From: Bacteroidales bacterium
GTDB taxonomy: Bacteria; Bacteroidota; Bacteroidia; Bacteroidales; F082
Length of the DNA: 64,000 nucleotides
Direction of reading: 5' to 3'
NCBI GenBank assembly: GCA_015489465.1
Contig: WFZS01000119.1
Location: 1,848 to 65,847, forward strand
The position numbers and the translations under genes are program-made. The notes beneath the pieces were generated by a model, which saw only the letters and a program-made list of their open reading frames with translations, was not told where the DNA came from and did no database searches. Of this stretch, positions 37,711 to 49,200 are shown piece by piece (the first letter of the stretch is position 1; every line of letters begins with the position of its first letter).

Positions 37711-39262
37711 ATTTTTCAGATAAAATGACATAAAAAAGATATAAAACAACAACAAGTATCAATGATACTGAAAATTCAAGCAAAACCATGGAACTTGTCA
37801 AAGACTGTGATGCATTAGCCATCACGGTAAACACTTTTACGGGCAACAACCCGGTACCGGGAGGATGTACGGTTATTGTTGTCCCCAACTCTCCGAAACT
37901 AAAAATAAAAGCAAAAATAAAAGCTGCAAAAACAGCAGGTAAAATCAGAGGCGTCAGAATATTAAAAATTCTTTTATAAGCTGGTACTCCTTCAATTATT
38001 GCAGCTTCGTCAAAGGAAACGGGTATTTGTTTCATGGAATTTTCCAGAATCTTAAAAGAAATAAAAGAAAACTTCGCCCAATAACCTATAACTACAATAG
38101 CCATTCCCGAATAGATAAGATCAAATACCGGACGGTTATAAAAGACTATAAAACTTATTCCCAGCACCGTTGAGGGCAATGCAAAAAGAAACAACATTGT
38201 AACATTAAAAAGCTTTTTTATCCGTTTGCCTCCTTTGGCGTAAACAACATAATAAGCTGCAGCAAAACCCGTTACAAATATCAATAAAGCACCTGCAAAT
38301 GACACCTCCAGAGATGTTATTACCGTGTTACGCAACAATTCAACAGCTTTCCATAAATCAGGCATACCGTTTTTTAATGATTGGAAAATCAATATTATTA
38401 ACGGTATAACAACGGTAAGTAAAAACCAAAATGTTATAAATGTCAAAGCTACCCGTTTGATTTTATCAAAATAATATCTTTTACGTACATCGCCTTTACT
38501 TCCCACCGACAAAAAAGGAGCATCGGAAAGATACTTACCCTCGGCAACCAATAACAAAACGGACACTACCAGTAAAACCGATGATTGCATTATGGCATCG
38601 GAATGATTATAAAAAGCGGAAAACCGTGTAAAAATTTCAGTAGTTATAACCTTGACACCGTAATAGGACGGAACCGAATACTCGGAAACGGAAAAAATAA
38701 ATACTAATATAAAGGAAGCTAATATAGCAGGTTTAACAAGCGGCAAAACAATCTTAAACACAACTTTATACGGTGATGTCATCAACAAACCGCTCTCCTC
38801 CAGAGAAGTGTCAATATTTGAAAAAGCATTTCCCACTATTAAAACGGACAACGGGGTATAAATAAACGTTAAAACCAACACCGTTAAAACTACCGGGGAT
38901 ACAGGCTCCCCCGTACCCCTAAGCAAAAAAACCGTATCACTCCATGATACTGCCAAAATGTAAGGTGAAATCAAAAGAGGTAAAAGAAAACCAACCTTAA
39001 AAAAGAGAGCATATTTAATTTGCGTTTTATAAAGAAAAAACCCGAAAATAATACCGAAAAAAGTTGACAATGATGCAACAAAAAAAGAAATAATCAAACT
39101 TTTAAATAATAATACAAAACTTTGATAAGAAAACAGCACTCCCGGACTTTCAAAACCGTTTAAAGCGGTAAGATAAGTGTACAATACGGGCAGTAATGCA
39201 AAAACAGCAAAAAGCAGAAAGATTAACTTTAAACCGCCATATTTTAAAGTTGTTCCACCCAC
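37685..39262 (-). CDS. ABC transporter permease, duplicated (FbpB/ThiP-like) two-module form
   Basis: 525 aa, about 12 TM segments, two permease modules. GTG start overlaps the stop of the binding-protein gene. Confidence 0.85.
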   Translation of the reverse strand: MGGTTLKYGGLKLIFLLFAVFALLPVLYTYLTALNGFESPGVLFSYQSFVLLFKSLIISFFVASLSTFFGIIFGFFLYKTQIKYALFFKVGFLLPLLISPYILAVSWSDTVFLLRGTGEPVSPVVLTVLVLTFIYTPLSVLIVGNAFSNIDTSLEESGLLMTSPYKVVFKIVLPLVKPAILASFILVFIFSVSEYSVPSYYGVKVITTEIFTRFSAFYNHSDAIMQSSVLLVVSVLLLVAEGKYLSDAPFLSVGSKGDVRKRYYFDKIKRVALTFITFWFLLTVVIPLIILIFQSLKNGMPDLWKAVELLRNTVITSLEVSFAGALLIFVTGFAAAYYVVYAKGGKRIKKLFNVTMLFLFALPSTVLGISFIVFYNRPVFDLIYSGMAIVVIGYWAKFSFISFKILENSMKQIPVSFDEAAIIEGVPAYKRIFNILTPLILPAVFAAFIFAFIFSFGELGTTITVHPPGTGLLPVKVFTVMANASQSLTSSMVLLEFSVSLILVVVLYLFYVILSEKYGNIRNKP

Positions 39263-40254
39263 TTTTTCAATGTTTTTTGAATTTTTTCAAGTTTTCCGGC
39301 GGCTTTGTTATAATCCACTTTCATAGGAATAATATTATCAAGTTGAGGAATACCTTTGGGAACCTGAACTCCTTTATGCAGTGGCATCTGAGCACACGAT
39401 TTTGCCAACATTTTTTCGACTTTACGGCTTAACAAAAAATCAATAAGTTTTTTGCCGTTTACGGTATTTGGTGAGCCGTTTATCAAACAAACGGCATTCG
39501 GCATAATCAAACATCCGAAACCGTTATACTGATCCGGAAACAAGTATGCTACATCATTACTTTCCTTAACAGCTTCAAAAGCATCATCGGTATCAGTTAA
39601 ACCGCATGCCGCTTCGCCCTTTAACACTTTGTTTTTTACGTCACCGTTACTCGTAGTTATAATAACATCATTTCGTTTAAGATCGTTTAAATATTGCATT
39701 GCCTTTTCGTTTCCTAGCACGGTAAAAAGCGCAGCAATATGAAATGTAGTTGTACCGAACAACGGATTCGCTATGGCTACTTTACCTTTATATTTTTCTT
39801 TTGTAAAATCAAAAACCGATGTAGGCACATCACTGCCGTTTAACAGTTTTTTATTGTAAATAATAACTCTTGCCCTGGCGGAAAATCCTGTCCAATAATG
39901 GGAAGAATCTTTAAAAACTTCAGGAATATCCTTTGCTTCAGGCGATAGATAGGGTTGTGTCAACCCGCGATTTTTTAAAACAATCACCCTTACGGGGTCA
40001 CCGCTCCAGAATACATCGCAACGCGGGTTATCCTTTTCGGCAATTATTCTGTTAAGGACTCCCGTGGACTTTGCCTCTTCGGTATCATAAAGAGCTTCAA
40101 CCTTTATTCCCGTTTCTTTTTCAAATTCTTTTAATACCGGCTCCGAAAAAACCTGATCGACACTTGTATAGACAACTACCCGGTTATTATCCCTTTTGCA
40201 GGAAACAAACAGAACCGAAACCAAAACAACAAATAAATAAAAATATTTCATCAA
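39244..40254 (-). CDS. ABC transporter substrate-binding lipoprotein (iron(III)/thiamine-type family 1 SBP)
   Basis: Lipobox LFVSC; family-1 SBP similarity (VVVYTS..., DVFWSGDP). Confidence 0.8.
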   Translation of the reverse strand: MMKYFYLFVVLVSVLFVSCKRDNNRVVVYTSVDQVFSEPVLKEFEKETGIKVEALYDTEEAKSTGVLNRIIAEKDNPRCDVFWSGDPVRVIVLKNRGLTQPYLSPEAKDIPEVFKDSSHYWTGFSARARVIIYNKKLLNGSDVPTSVFDFTKEKYKGKVAIANPLFGTTTFHIAALFTVLGNEKAMQYLNDLKRNDVIITTSNGDVKNKVLKGEAACGLTDTDDAFEAVKESNDVAYLFPDQYNGFGCLIMPNAVCLINGSPNTVNGKKLIDFLLSRKVEKMLAKSCAQMPLHKGVQVPKGIPQLDNIIPMKVDYNKAAGKLEKIQKTLKKWVEQL

Positions 40255-40354
40255 AAAAGCATTTTAAAATGTCATCACAACAATAACAAATTTAGCTTTT
40301 TTACCGAAGCATAAAACTTTTAATGTGGAAACCGTGAAAATACAGATGTAAATA

Positions 40355-41476
40355 TTACTCGATTTGATATTTGTCCGAAAAATTATCTATTCCCACATAA
40401 TATAAGTCAAACCCACCCAAACCTCCGGGTCTGTTTGAAGAAAATATCATTAAATCGTTATTAAATTCCATAACATGAACAGGCAAAGGTCTGAACTCAT
40501 CATATTCGGTATTTATTTTATCACCGAAATTAACGGGCTCTTGCCATTCACCGTTTTCATATTTGGAATAATACAAATCATAACCTCCGTAACCTCCCGG
40601 TCTGTCGGAAGCAAATACCATAAAATTACCGTTAACAAAAGGGCACCTGTCGTTATATTGGGAATTTACAGCATCAACTTTTATTTTCGGATAATTATAA
40701 TCTGAAGTTAAAAACCTTATAAAACTTAATGAATCAGGGATATTTATTTTATAGATATTGGAAATTCCTTCATCCGTTTTGTCAAAATACATTTCCGTAA
40801 AATTATCAACCGGAACGTAATAATTATTAATAACTATATCCGGACCGTAAAACGAAACATACTGCTGTTTCTCATCACCAAGAAAAGGAATATTTAAAGG
40901 ACCTGTAATTTCGCCTGTACTTAAACCGTCATCAGCTGTAATATAATACATCATCCTTGAATAATAAATATTGCTATCGGCATTAGATGAATAAAAAAAG
41001 TAGCACGTTTTATATTGCTTGTCAGCAATAGTTGTATCCGAAGGAACATAATAAGGAGCAAATTGGTTCCCTTCCGTTTCTATTCTATGAACCAATTTAC
41101 CGACATTATCATCATATCCGTAATGGTAATCTTTATGAAAAGTAAGATTTCCTGTTTCCCAATCCCAAACAACGTAAAAATTTCCGTCGTAGATGTCATA
41201 ATTAGCCGCACCGGTTTTTCTATTTGAAGAAAATAATAACCTTTTACCGAAATGTGTTTCGGGAAGTATGGAATTGTAATCGTCAAACTCGGAATTTATT
41301 TCTACAATATCTATGGGATTTTCCGGAAACCAGGCGGCCTGATGTTTATATTTTATACCATGATTTCGACAGCCATCCATAACCAAAACAGCTGAAATAA
41401 ATAATAGAAAAGCAAAAAGATTTTTCAAAACAGAAGTCTTTAAAATTTCAGATAACAAAAATCGAACAATAAGCAT
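40355..41476 (-). CDS. lipoprotein with PD40/TolB-like beta-propeller repeats
   Basis: Repeats FSSNRKTG..., FASDRPGGYGGYDLYY and FSSNRPGGLGGFDLYY; lipobox VMDGC. The start is uncertain (41476 or 41512). Confidence 0.65.
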   Translation of the reverse strand: MLIVRFLLSEILKTSVLKNLFAFLLFISAVLVMDGCRNHGIKYKHQAAWFPENPIDIVEINSEFDDYNSILPETHFGKRLLFSSNRKTGAANYDIYDGNFYVVWDWETGNLTFHKDYHYGYDDNVGKLVHRIETEGNQFAPYYVPSDTTIADKQYKTCYFFYSSNADSNIYYSRMMYYITADDGLSTGEITGPLNIPFLGDEKQQYVSFYGPDIVINNYYVPVDNFTEMYFDKTDEGISNIYKINIPDSLSFIRFLTSDYNYPKIKVDAVNSQYNDRCPFVNGNFMVFASDRPGGYGGYDLYYSKYENGEWQEPVNFGDKINTEYDEFRPLPVHVMEFNNDLMIFSSNRPGGLGGFDLYYVGIDNFSDKYQIE

Positions 41477-41483
41477 ACCGCTT

Positions 41484-42215
41484 TTACCAACCCGATGCAA
41501 GTACATCAACAAGATGCATAACTTTTATAGGCAAGTTATGTTTTTTAATATACCCGTATTGATGCATCAGGCATGATGAATCAGTAGAGACAATATATTC
41601 GGCACCGGTTTCCAAGGCATTATGAACTTTTTGATCTGCCATAGCTGTGGAAATAGGTTCGAATTTTACCGCAAAAGTACCACCGAAGCCGCAACAAACA
41701 TGAGTATCTTTCATCTCTATCAGCTCAAGTCCTTTTACTTTTTTCAAAAGTTTACGCGGTTCTTCTTTTATTCCGTATTCACGTTGTGCGGCACACGAAT
41801 CGTGATAGGTAATTTTATGTTCGAATGTTGCTCCCAAATCGGTAACACCGAGAACGTTTACCAAAAAATCGGAAATTTCATAAATTCTTCCTTGAAGGCT
41901 TTTTGATTCGAGATGTAAGCCGGTATTGTGAAAAAGTTCGTTATATGAATTCCTGACGAAACCCGTACATGAAGCCGAGGGACCTACAACAATCCTTTCC
42001 TGGTTATCAAAGTCTTTTATGAACTTTTCACCCAATTGTTTTGCTTTATCCCACTGTCCGCTGTTAAAAGCTATTTGTCCGCAACAAGTTTGGTTAGGGT
42101 TATAATGAACCTCTATATCCAGTTTTTCCAGTATCTTGACCATATTCATCGCGGTTTGCGGATAAATCTGGTCAATAAAACAAGGAATGAAAAGGTCAAC
42201 TTCTTTAACTTTCAT
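41484..42215 (-). CDS. (Fe-S)-binding CCG-domain protein, LutA/YkgE-like
   Basis: 243 aa with two cysteine-rich CCG motifs (QTCCGQ and HVCCGFGG). Confidence 0.8.
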   Translation of the reverse strand: MKVKEVDLFIPCFIDQIYPQTAMNMVKILEKLDIEVHYNPNQTCCGQIAFNSGQWDKAKQLGEKFIKDFDNQERIVVGPSASCTGFVRNSYNELFHNTGLHLESKSLQGRIYEISDFLVNVLGVTDLGATFEHKITYHDSCAAQREYGIKEEPRKLLKKVKGLELIEMKDTHVCCGFGGTFAVKFEPISTAMADQKVHNALETGAEYIVSTDSSCLMHQYGYIKKHNLPIKVMHLVDVLASGW

Positions 42216-42232
42216 AGTATTGTTTTATATTA

Positions 42233-43498
42233 TCACGAACAAAGACCATCCGGCACATTAACTTCAACCCCAAAGTTATCAATATTTTGCCAAAAACCGG
42301 GATAGGATTTTTTAACTGTCCCCGGATTATATATTTTAAGTTCGTTCACCTTTAGTGCCAAAGGGGCAAAACTCATTGCGAGTTTATGGTCGTTATAGGC
42401 ATCTATTTCCAAAACATCAAAATAAAATTCGCTTACGGGAATTACGGTAACGGTTCCTTTCGAATATTTAACCTCCGCCCCTATCTTGGCAAGCTCTTTT
42501 TCAAGAACTTCTATACGCACATTTTCTTTCAGCCTGCTCTTATTCAACCCTTTAAATGTTCCTTTGGTATGTGTTGCAGCGCAAGTAACCATAACAGGTA
42601 TTGCCAAATCGGGGATATCGGAAAAATCGTAAACAAATTCTTCAACGGAATTGCCCGATTTTTTTATTCTTACACCGTTTTCTTCAAATTCCGTTTTTAC
42701 CCCGAAACTTTCAAAAATATCGGCTAGAAGAACTCCTCCCTGAATACTGTTTTTTTGCAGACCTTCAATAAAAATATCGGCGTTATCCGAAAATGCCGCA
42801 AGTTCGTACCAGTAAGATGCATTCCCCCAGTCAGGTTCTATTGATACCGGGGAAAGTTTGTATTTTCCGGGTTCTATTTTTATAAATTTATCATTAAGCT
42901 CAATATTTATGCCGGCCTGTTTCATAAGATACTCTGTCATCTTTATATAAGACCTGGAAACGGGCTTTCCCTTAAAATTTATTAATAATCCCTTTGGTAA
43001 AAGGGGTGCAATGAGCATCAAAGCGGACACAAAATGCGAACTGTGTCCGGCATCAATAGTTACCTGTGTACTTCTGAGCGGTTTACCGTATATTTTAACA
43101 GGCGGGAACCCTTCTTTTTCGGTATAAAAAATATCGGCATCCATTTCTCTTAAAGCATCCACCAAAGGTGCAATGGAATGCTCTTTCAAATTATCATTTC
43201 CCGTAATCAACCATTTTCCTTCGCGAATGGATGCATAAGCCGTAACAAATCTCATAACGGCATTTGCTCCTCCGGCATCCACTATCATGGCAATGCGGGA
43301 ATTGGCACAAGTATCAAAAAAACTCAGGTAAAACTTTAACAACTTTACATCATCCGAATCAGAAAGATTCTCAAACCTGATTTTTGAACCTGCCAAAGCC
43401 TTCATTATCAATAATCTTATACTGATAGCTTTGGAGCCTGTAATTTTTATATAACCTTCAATATCACTATTGTTACGTATCAGTTTAACGGGTTCCAT
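42233..43498 (-). CDS. aroA: 3-phosphoshikimate 1-carboxyvinyltransferase
   Basis: 421 aa EPSP-synthase fold (GSKAISIR..., DHKLAMSFAPLA). Overlaps aroB by 1 nt. Confidence 0.88.
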   Translation of the reverse strand: MEPVKLIRNNSDIEGYIKITGSKAISIRLLIMKALAGSKIRFENLSDSDDVKLLKFYLSFFDTCANSRIAMIVDAGGANAVMRFVTAYASIREGKWLITGNDNLKEHSIAPLVDALREMDADIFYTEKEGFPPVKIYGKPLRSTQVTIDAGHSSHFVSALMLIAPLLPKGLLINFKGKPVSRSYIKMTEYLMKQAGINIELNDKFIKIEPGKYKLSPVSIEPDWGNASYWYELAAFSDNADIFIEGLQKNSIQGGVLLADIFESFGVKTEFEENGVRIKKSGNSVEEFVYDFSDIPDLAIPVMVTCAATHTKGTFKGLNKSRLKENVRIEVLEKELAKIGAEVKYSKGTVTVIPVSEFYFDVLEIDAYNDHKLAMSFAPLALKVNELKIYNPGTVKKSYPGFWQNIDNFGVEVNVPDGLCS

Positions 43499-44577
43499 CA
43501 GTCACAATTTTTATTATTTATGTAAAACAAAAGACTCTTTTCTGTCAATTCAGGTTCCACCACTATGTCGTGAACAGCTTTTCCCAATCTTCTTAAAAGA
43601 CTGAATCTGAAAAGACCGTCTCTTATCTTTTTGTCCTGCCTCATAATATCTATTATCTCGGGTATATCATTTTCCGAAATTTCAAGTCTGGAAAAGTTCT
43701 TATCTATCATTTTAATTATTTCATCGACTTTTACACATTCCAGATCAGTCATTTTTGAAGAAATCCATGTTTCACAAATCATTCCCGCGGCAATAGCTTG
43801 TCCGTGGGTAATATCAACCCCTTTTTTCAAAAAAAATGATTCCAAGGCCAATCCTATGGTATGCCCGAAGTTAAGATTCTTCCTAATACCTTTCTCCATC
43901 TTGTCGTAACGGACAATGTCTATCTTATCTTTGGCGGATCTTGAAATTATCTTTTCCCAATCGTCAATTTCAGAATATCGGCGCATATCCAAAATATTCC
44001 ACAACTCCCTGTCCATTATAAGCGCATATTTCAGGATTTCGGCAAACCCCGACTGCCAATATTTATCCTCCAGAGTGCTTAAGAAAACGGGATTTATTAT
44101 CACTGCTTCCGGGTCACAAAAAAGACCGATTTGATTTTTGATAGACATGAAATTTATTCCCGTCTTACCTCCTATTGCAGCATCAACCTGCGCCAAAAGA
44201 GTGGTGGGAATATTTATAAATGAGATACCTCTTTTAAACGTTCCGGCACAAAATCCTCCCATATCCGTTATCACTCCGCCACCCAAATTTATCAATAAAG
44301 AATCCCTGTTTGCATCGAAATTTGTAAGCTTTTCCCAAATTTGCGAGGCTCTTTCCAAATTCTTTTCACTTTCGCCGCTGGGGATTTTTATATATCCTCT
44401 TATTTTGAGACCCGGCAATGCTTTTTTTAGAATGTCAAGACAATATTTTTCCGTATTTTCATCAATAAGAATATAGATAAAAGGGTAGTCTGAAAATAAT
44501 TTTTCCGCTTGTTGAAAAGAGTCGCTTCCTATAAAATATTGTACGGCACCGTTATCTGTGTTATAATATGAATTCAT
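43498..44577 (-). CDS. aroB: 3-dehydroquinate synthase
   Basis: GGGVITDMGGF; NFGHTIG metal site. Confidence 0.9.
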   Translation of the reverse strand: MNSYYNTDNGAVQYFIGSDSFQQAEKLFSDYPFIYILIDENTEKYCLDILKKALPGLKIRGYIKIPSGESEKNLERASQIWEKLTNFDANRDSLLINLGGGVITDMGGFCAGTFKRGISFINIPTTLLAQVDAAIGGKTGINFMSIKNQIGLFCDPEAVIINPVFLSTLEDKYWQSGFAEILKYALIMDRELWNILDMRRYSEIDDWEKIISRSAKDKIDIVRYDKMEKGIRKNLNFGHTIGLALESFFLKKGVDITHGQAIAAGMICETWISSKMTDLECVKVDEIIKMIDKNFSRLEISENDIPEIIDIMRQDKKIRDGLFRFSLLRRLGKAVHDIVVEPELTEKSLLFYINNKNCD

Positions 44578-44591
44578 TTTAATCAGCCAAT

Positions 44592-45323
44592 CTATTTAAC
44601 CTTATAAACCAATTTCATCGTTATGGATGCCGTTTTCTTTTTGGAACTTGTGTTAAAAGTACCTCCCCAGGAATAATCTTCTTTAGAATATTGCCCTGTA
44701 ATTTGGAATACTCCCATTTTAGCCGATTGCAACTCCCCCAGTTCTGCACCCGAAAACTCTGCTATTTTCTCAGCCCTTAAACGTGCATCTTGAGTGGCTT
44801 TGGATATCATCTCTATTTTGAGGTCTGATAATTTGGTATAATAATATCTCGGCGATTCCGAATAAAACTGAACGCCGCTATTTAAAAGCTCGGTAATTTC
44901 ACGTGATATTTTTTCCACCTTTTCAACCTCTTTGGATTCTATTTTCAAAGATTGTCTTAACCTGTACCCGACAAATTCCTGCCCCATATAACTGCCGTTT
45001 TGTGAATATATCTGTTTGTATTGAGGGGTTGTTTCAACGGCATTAAACACAATTTTATCAATGTCGATACCTTTACGTTCCAAATAATTGCTAATGGTTT
45101 CTTTTTCACGTTCCAACACCGAATAAGCCTGTTTAAGCGTATATGCATCCGCCGTAAAACTACCTTCCCAAACTATCAAATCGGAAGTAAAGTCAGTTTT
45201 GCCCAATCCCGTTACCTGAATGGTACCATCGGCTTTACCTCTGTCTTTGTACGAATTACCCAGAAAATATGCAGAAATGATTATGGCAAGTCCGAAAATT
45301 ACGGCATTTGTTATGTTTTTCAT
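44592..45323 (-). CDS. SIMPL (DUF541) domain protein
   Basis: Family similarity (...DARLRAEKIAEFSGAELGEL...). Start taken at MKNITNAV (45323). Confidence 0.8.
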   Translation of the reverse strand: MKNITNAVIFGLAIIISAYFLGNSYKDRGKADGTIQVTGLGKTDFTSDLIVWEGSFTADAYTLKQAYSVLEREKETISNYLERKGIDIDKIVFNAVETTPQYKQIYSQNGSYMGQEFVGYRLRQSLKIESKEVEKVEKISREITELLNSGVQFYSESPRYYYTKLSDLKIEMISKATQDARLRAEKIAEFSGAELGELQSAKMGVFQITGQYSKEDYSWGGTFNTSSKKKTASITMKLVYKVK

Positions 45324-45361
45324 TTTAAAATTTTTAACGCCGCAATAGCGGCGTGTTAAGA

Positions 45362-46108
45362 TTAGGTACTCATACCGCCGCAAACGTTAATTACCTGTCC
45401 GGTAACATACGACGAAAGTTCGGATGCAAGGAATACCGCTACGTTTGCCACATCTTCGGGTGTTCCGGGACGACGTAAAGGAATGGTTTTTATCCATTCT
45501 TTTCTAACATCTTCAGGTAATTTACGAGTCATTTCGGTTTCAATAAATCCCGGAGCTATTGCATTACAACGGATATTACGCGAGCCGAGTTCCTGGGCAA
45601 TGGATTTTGTGAATCCTATCATCCCGGCTTTCGAAGCGGAATAGTTTGACTGTCCCGCATTACCGTTTACACCTACAACGGAACTCATATTGACGATTGA
45701 ACCGCCTCTTTGTTTTATCATAATACGCTGTACGGCTTTTGTGAGATTAAAAACCGATTTCAAGTTAACGGCCAATACGGCATCCCAATCCTGCTCCGTC
45801 ATTCTTAAAAGGAGATTATCCCTGGTAATACCTGCATTGTTTACAAGGATATCTATTCTACCGAAATCTTTCATCACCTCGTCGGCCAGCTTCTGGCTGT
45901 CGTCAAACGATGCTGCATTGGAAGCATAACCTTTAGCTTCAACGCCAAGCTCACGCAACTCTTTTTCGGTGTTTTCCATATTTTCATCACGATTCAAATC
46001 GCTGAAAGCAACATTTGCACCTTCTTGTGCAAACTTTAAAGCAATAGCTTTCCCTATTCCGCGGGAAGCTCCCGTTATCAAAGCTGTTTTTCCTTTTAAT
46101 AGTTCCAT
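45362..46108 (-). CDS. fabG: 3-oxoacyl-[ACP] reductase
   Basis: TGASRGIGKA, NAG and YSASKAG motifs. Confidence 0.93.
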   Translation of the reverse strand: MELLKGKTALITGASRGIGKAIALKFAQEGANVAFSDLNRDENMENTEKELRELGVEAKGYASNAASFDDSQKLADEVMKDFGRIDILVNNAGITRDNLLLRMTEQDWDAVLAVNLKSVFNLTKAVQRIMIKQRGGSIVNMSSVVGVNGNAGQSNYSASKAGMIGFTKSIAQELGSRNIRCNAIAPGFIETEMTRKLPEDVRKEWIKTIPLRRPGTPEDVANVAVFLASELSSYVTGQVINVCGGMST

Positions 46109-46135
46109 TTATATCTCTTTTTTAAAAAGTTTCGT

Positions 46136-46143
46136 CAAATCTA
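46136..46143 (-). promoter_or_regulatory. -7 promoter box TAGATTTG upstream of fabG
   Basis: TAnnTTTG match on the minus strand, 27 nt before the fabG ATG. Confidence 0.35.
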
Positions 46144-46171
46144 CACAATTTTTTTATGATTGGTGAATAAT

Positions 46172-46228
46172 AAAAAAAGGCTGTTACGCAGATACCGTAT
46201 TTCAGAATATCATAAAAACGCAACAGCC
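46172..46228 (-). terminator. long-loop terminator-like hairpin after the 1402-aa gene
   Basis: The minus strand reads GGCTGTTGCG-30 nt-CGTAACAGCC followed by T7: a 10-bp stem with one G-U. Confidence 0.5.
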
Positions 46229-46247
46229 CTTGAAAAACAATATTAAT

Positions 46248-49200
46248 CTATATCCACTTAACCAAAGGGAAATCCATTCTGTACTTCAACAATTTATGTT
46301 TAGGGAAAACCCTGAAAGCATAATCGTAAGCTCCGGGATGTTTCAACTGCAAGTCAATAACATATTTGGCAACACCGTTGTTAAACTCAACGGCATCCAT
46401 CTCTTCTTTGTATTTGATTTTATTTATATCGCCGTTGGTAACGGTACCGAAAATAACCTCTACACCGATGTCTCCGGCAGTCAAACCCGGAATCTTTAAC
46501 GACAATTCGGCAACAAAATGTTTACCGAATGTTATGGGTTCTTTGTCGGCATCGGGAATAATGAGACTTTCTACCGATATGTTATCCCAGTTTGCCAAAA
46601 TGTTAGTTTTCCAGTTAACAAGTTCTTCAGCATTTTTAAAATTATCGGCAAAGAAGAGATCACCTCTCTTTTTCAAACTACCGTAAAAATCACGGTAATA
46701 ATCATTTATCATTCTTTGCATCGTAAAATGCGGCGTTATTAGTGCTATTGTATTTTTAATGTGATTCACCCATTTTTCGGGGACATCATCTTTATTTCGA
46801 TTGTAATATGCCGGTGTTATTTCGGTTTCAAAAGTATCATAGATTATTTCGGCATCAAGTTCATCCTGCATCTGCTGGTTGAGGTAAGTTTTATTTTCTT
46901 CTATAGCCCAACCTGCACCCGGTTTATAACCTTCGGCCCACCAACCGTCAAGTACACTAAAGTTGAGGACGCCGTTCATAACTGCTTTTTCGCCACTGGT
47001 ACCCGAAGCTTCAAGCGGGCGGGTAGGTGTATTTAACCAGACATCAACACCGCTTGTCAGTAATTTACCTATTACCATATCATAATTTTCGAGGAAAAGT
47101 ATTTTTCCTGCAAACTGCGGCATTTTGGAAATTCCGATAATACGTTTTATCAGATCTTGACCCGCTTTATCGGCAGGGTGTGCTTTTCCGGCAAAAATAA
47201 ATATTACCGGACGTTTTTCATCGTTAACAAGTTTTTCCAGCCTTTCAAGGTTTGTAAAAAGCAAATGTGCTCTTTTATAAGTTGCAAAGCGCCTTGCAAA
47301 ACCTATAATAAGTGTATTTTCGTTAAGAGCGGACAACGATTTTATAATAAGCTTGGGATTTTCCTGGCGTGCCGTCAGATCCTTTTTCAATTTCTTTTTT
47401 ACCTTCTTTATCATTTCACGTTTAACGGCAAGCCTGTTTTCCCAAATTTCAATATCCGGAACATCATAAATCCTGTTCCAGTATTTATCGTCCGGTTGGT
47501 CTTTTTCAAACTCTTTTCCGAAATAATTGCGATAATTTTTTTGCCACAAATCATCGGTCCAGGTAAAATAATGCACTCCGTTGGTAACATAACCTATATG
47601 AAGTTCTTCGGGATAATAACCGGGATAAAGCCTGCTGAACATTTCCCTTGATACTTTACCGTGAATTCGGCTCACACCGTTAACTTCCTGTGAAAGATTA
47701 GTCGCAAGGACACTCATGGAAAATTCCTCGTTGGGATCGTTGGGGTTAAACCTTCCCAACCCTATAAAGCGTTCCCACGATATATTGAAAAGATGAGGAA
47801 AATGCGAAAGATAAGCACGTATAAGGTGTTCCTCAAAGGTATCATGACCGGCCGGAACGGGTGTATGTGTGGTAAACAAAGTTGTTGCCCTTACCAGCTC
47901 TTTGGCAGTATCAAAATTTATATTATTCCTGCTAATTAGCATCTTAATACGCTCAAGACCTATAAAAGCAGAGTGCCCTTCGTTGCTGTGATAAACATCG
48001 GGTTTTTCATTTATAGCATCAATAAGCCTGATACCACCCAAACCGAGTAGCATTTCCTGTTTTAGACGATGTTCGCGGTCACCACCGTAAAGATGATATG
48101 TCAAAGCCCTGTCGTCGTTGGAATTTTCTTCAATATCCGTATCCAGCAAATATAAAGGAACCCTACCTACATCCAGGCGCCAAGCTTTTGCATAAACCGT
48201 CCTGCCCGGTAATGAAACACTAACCAGCACTATTTCACCTTTTTCGTTTCTAACAGGTTTCAAGGGCAGTTGAGTAAATTTCTGCGGTAAGCTTTCCGCT
48301 ATTTGATCGCCGGCATGAGTAATCTTTTGATTAAAATAACCGTAACGGTAAAGCAAACCTACGGCAAGTAAGTTTTTATTAGAGTCGGATGCCTGTTTCA
48401 GATAATCCCCGGCAAGAATACCCAAACCACCGGAATATATTTTAACACTTACATGCAATCCGTACTCCATGCTGAAATAAGCGACCTTAAAATCATTTTT
48501 TGATTTTTCGCCTTCAGCCATATATTTACGGAAACGTGCATATATGTTATTAAGCCTGCTCATGAACGCATTATCATTCATAAGTTTGGCTATATCATCC
48601 GATGAAAGATTTTCAAGTAATTTTACCGGATTATATTCCAACTCTTCCCACTTATCGGGAAGTATTGAAGCAAAAAGTGCAGTTGCTTCGTTATCCCATG
48701 ACCACCAAAGGTTATAGGCCAATTCCTGTAAAGGTGCCAGTTTTTCAGGAAGGTAAGGTTTTATTATTACTTTTTTCCAATGGGGTCTGTCTTGCTGTAA
48801 CGAAACTTCTACCTGCCTGGTTTTAGGTTTATATGAGGGTTGCAATGTTTCGGCACGTTTTATTGCTTTAGCCGTTGACAGTTCCCATGTTTCAAAATAA
48901 TTGCGGACAAGTTTATCCCACAACAATTCATTTATTATACGAGCGGCTTCTTCGGAAGCTTTTGCGGGTTCCGCATTATTTATATAATCCAGCAAATTTT
49001 CTTTAATATTTTTTACGGCCAGATCATCTTTCCCTTCTTCGCGTTTTATTACGGTAACGGCTTTGTTCCGGACCTTTACGTTTTCGGAAACCCAAGCACC
49101 GAAACCTGCAAAAGAGGTAGTCAAAGTAGGTATTCCGAAAGCAATACTCTCCATGGGCGTATATCCCCACGGTTCGTAATATGACGGAAATACGGAATAG

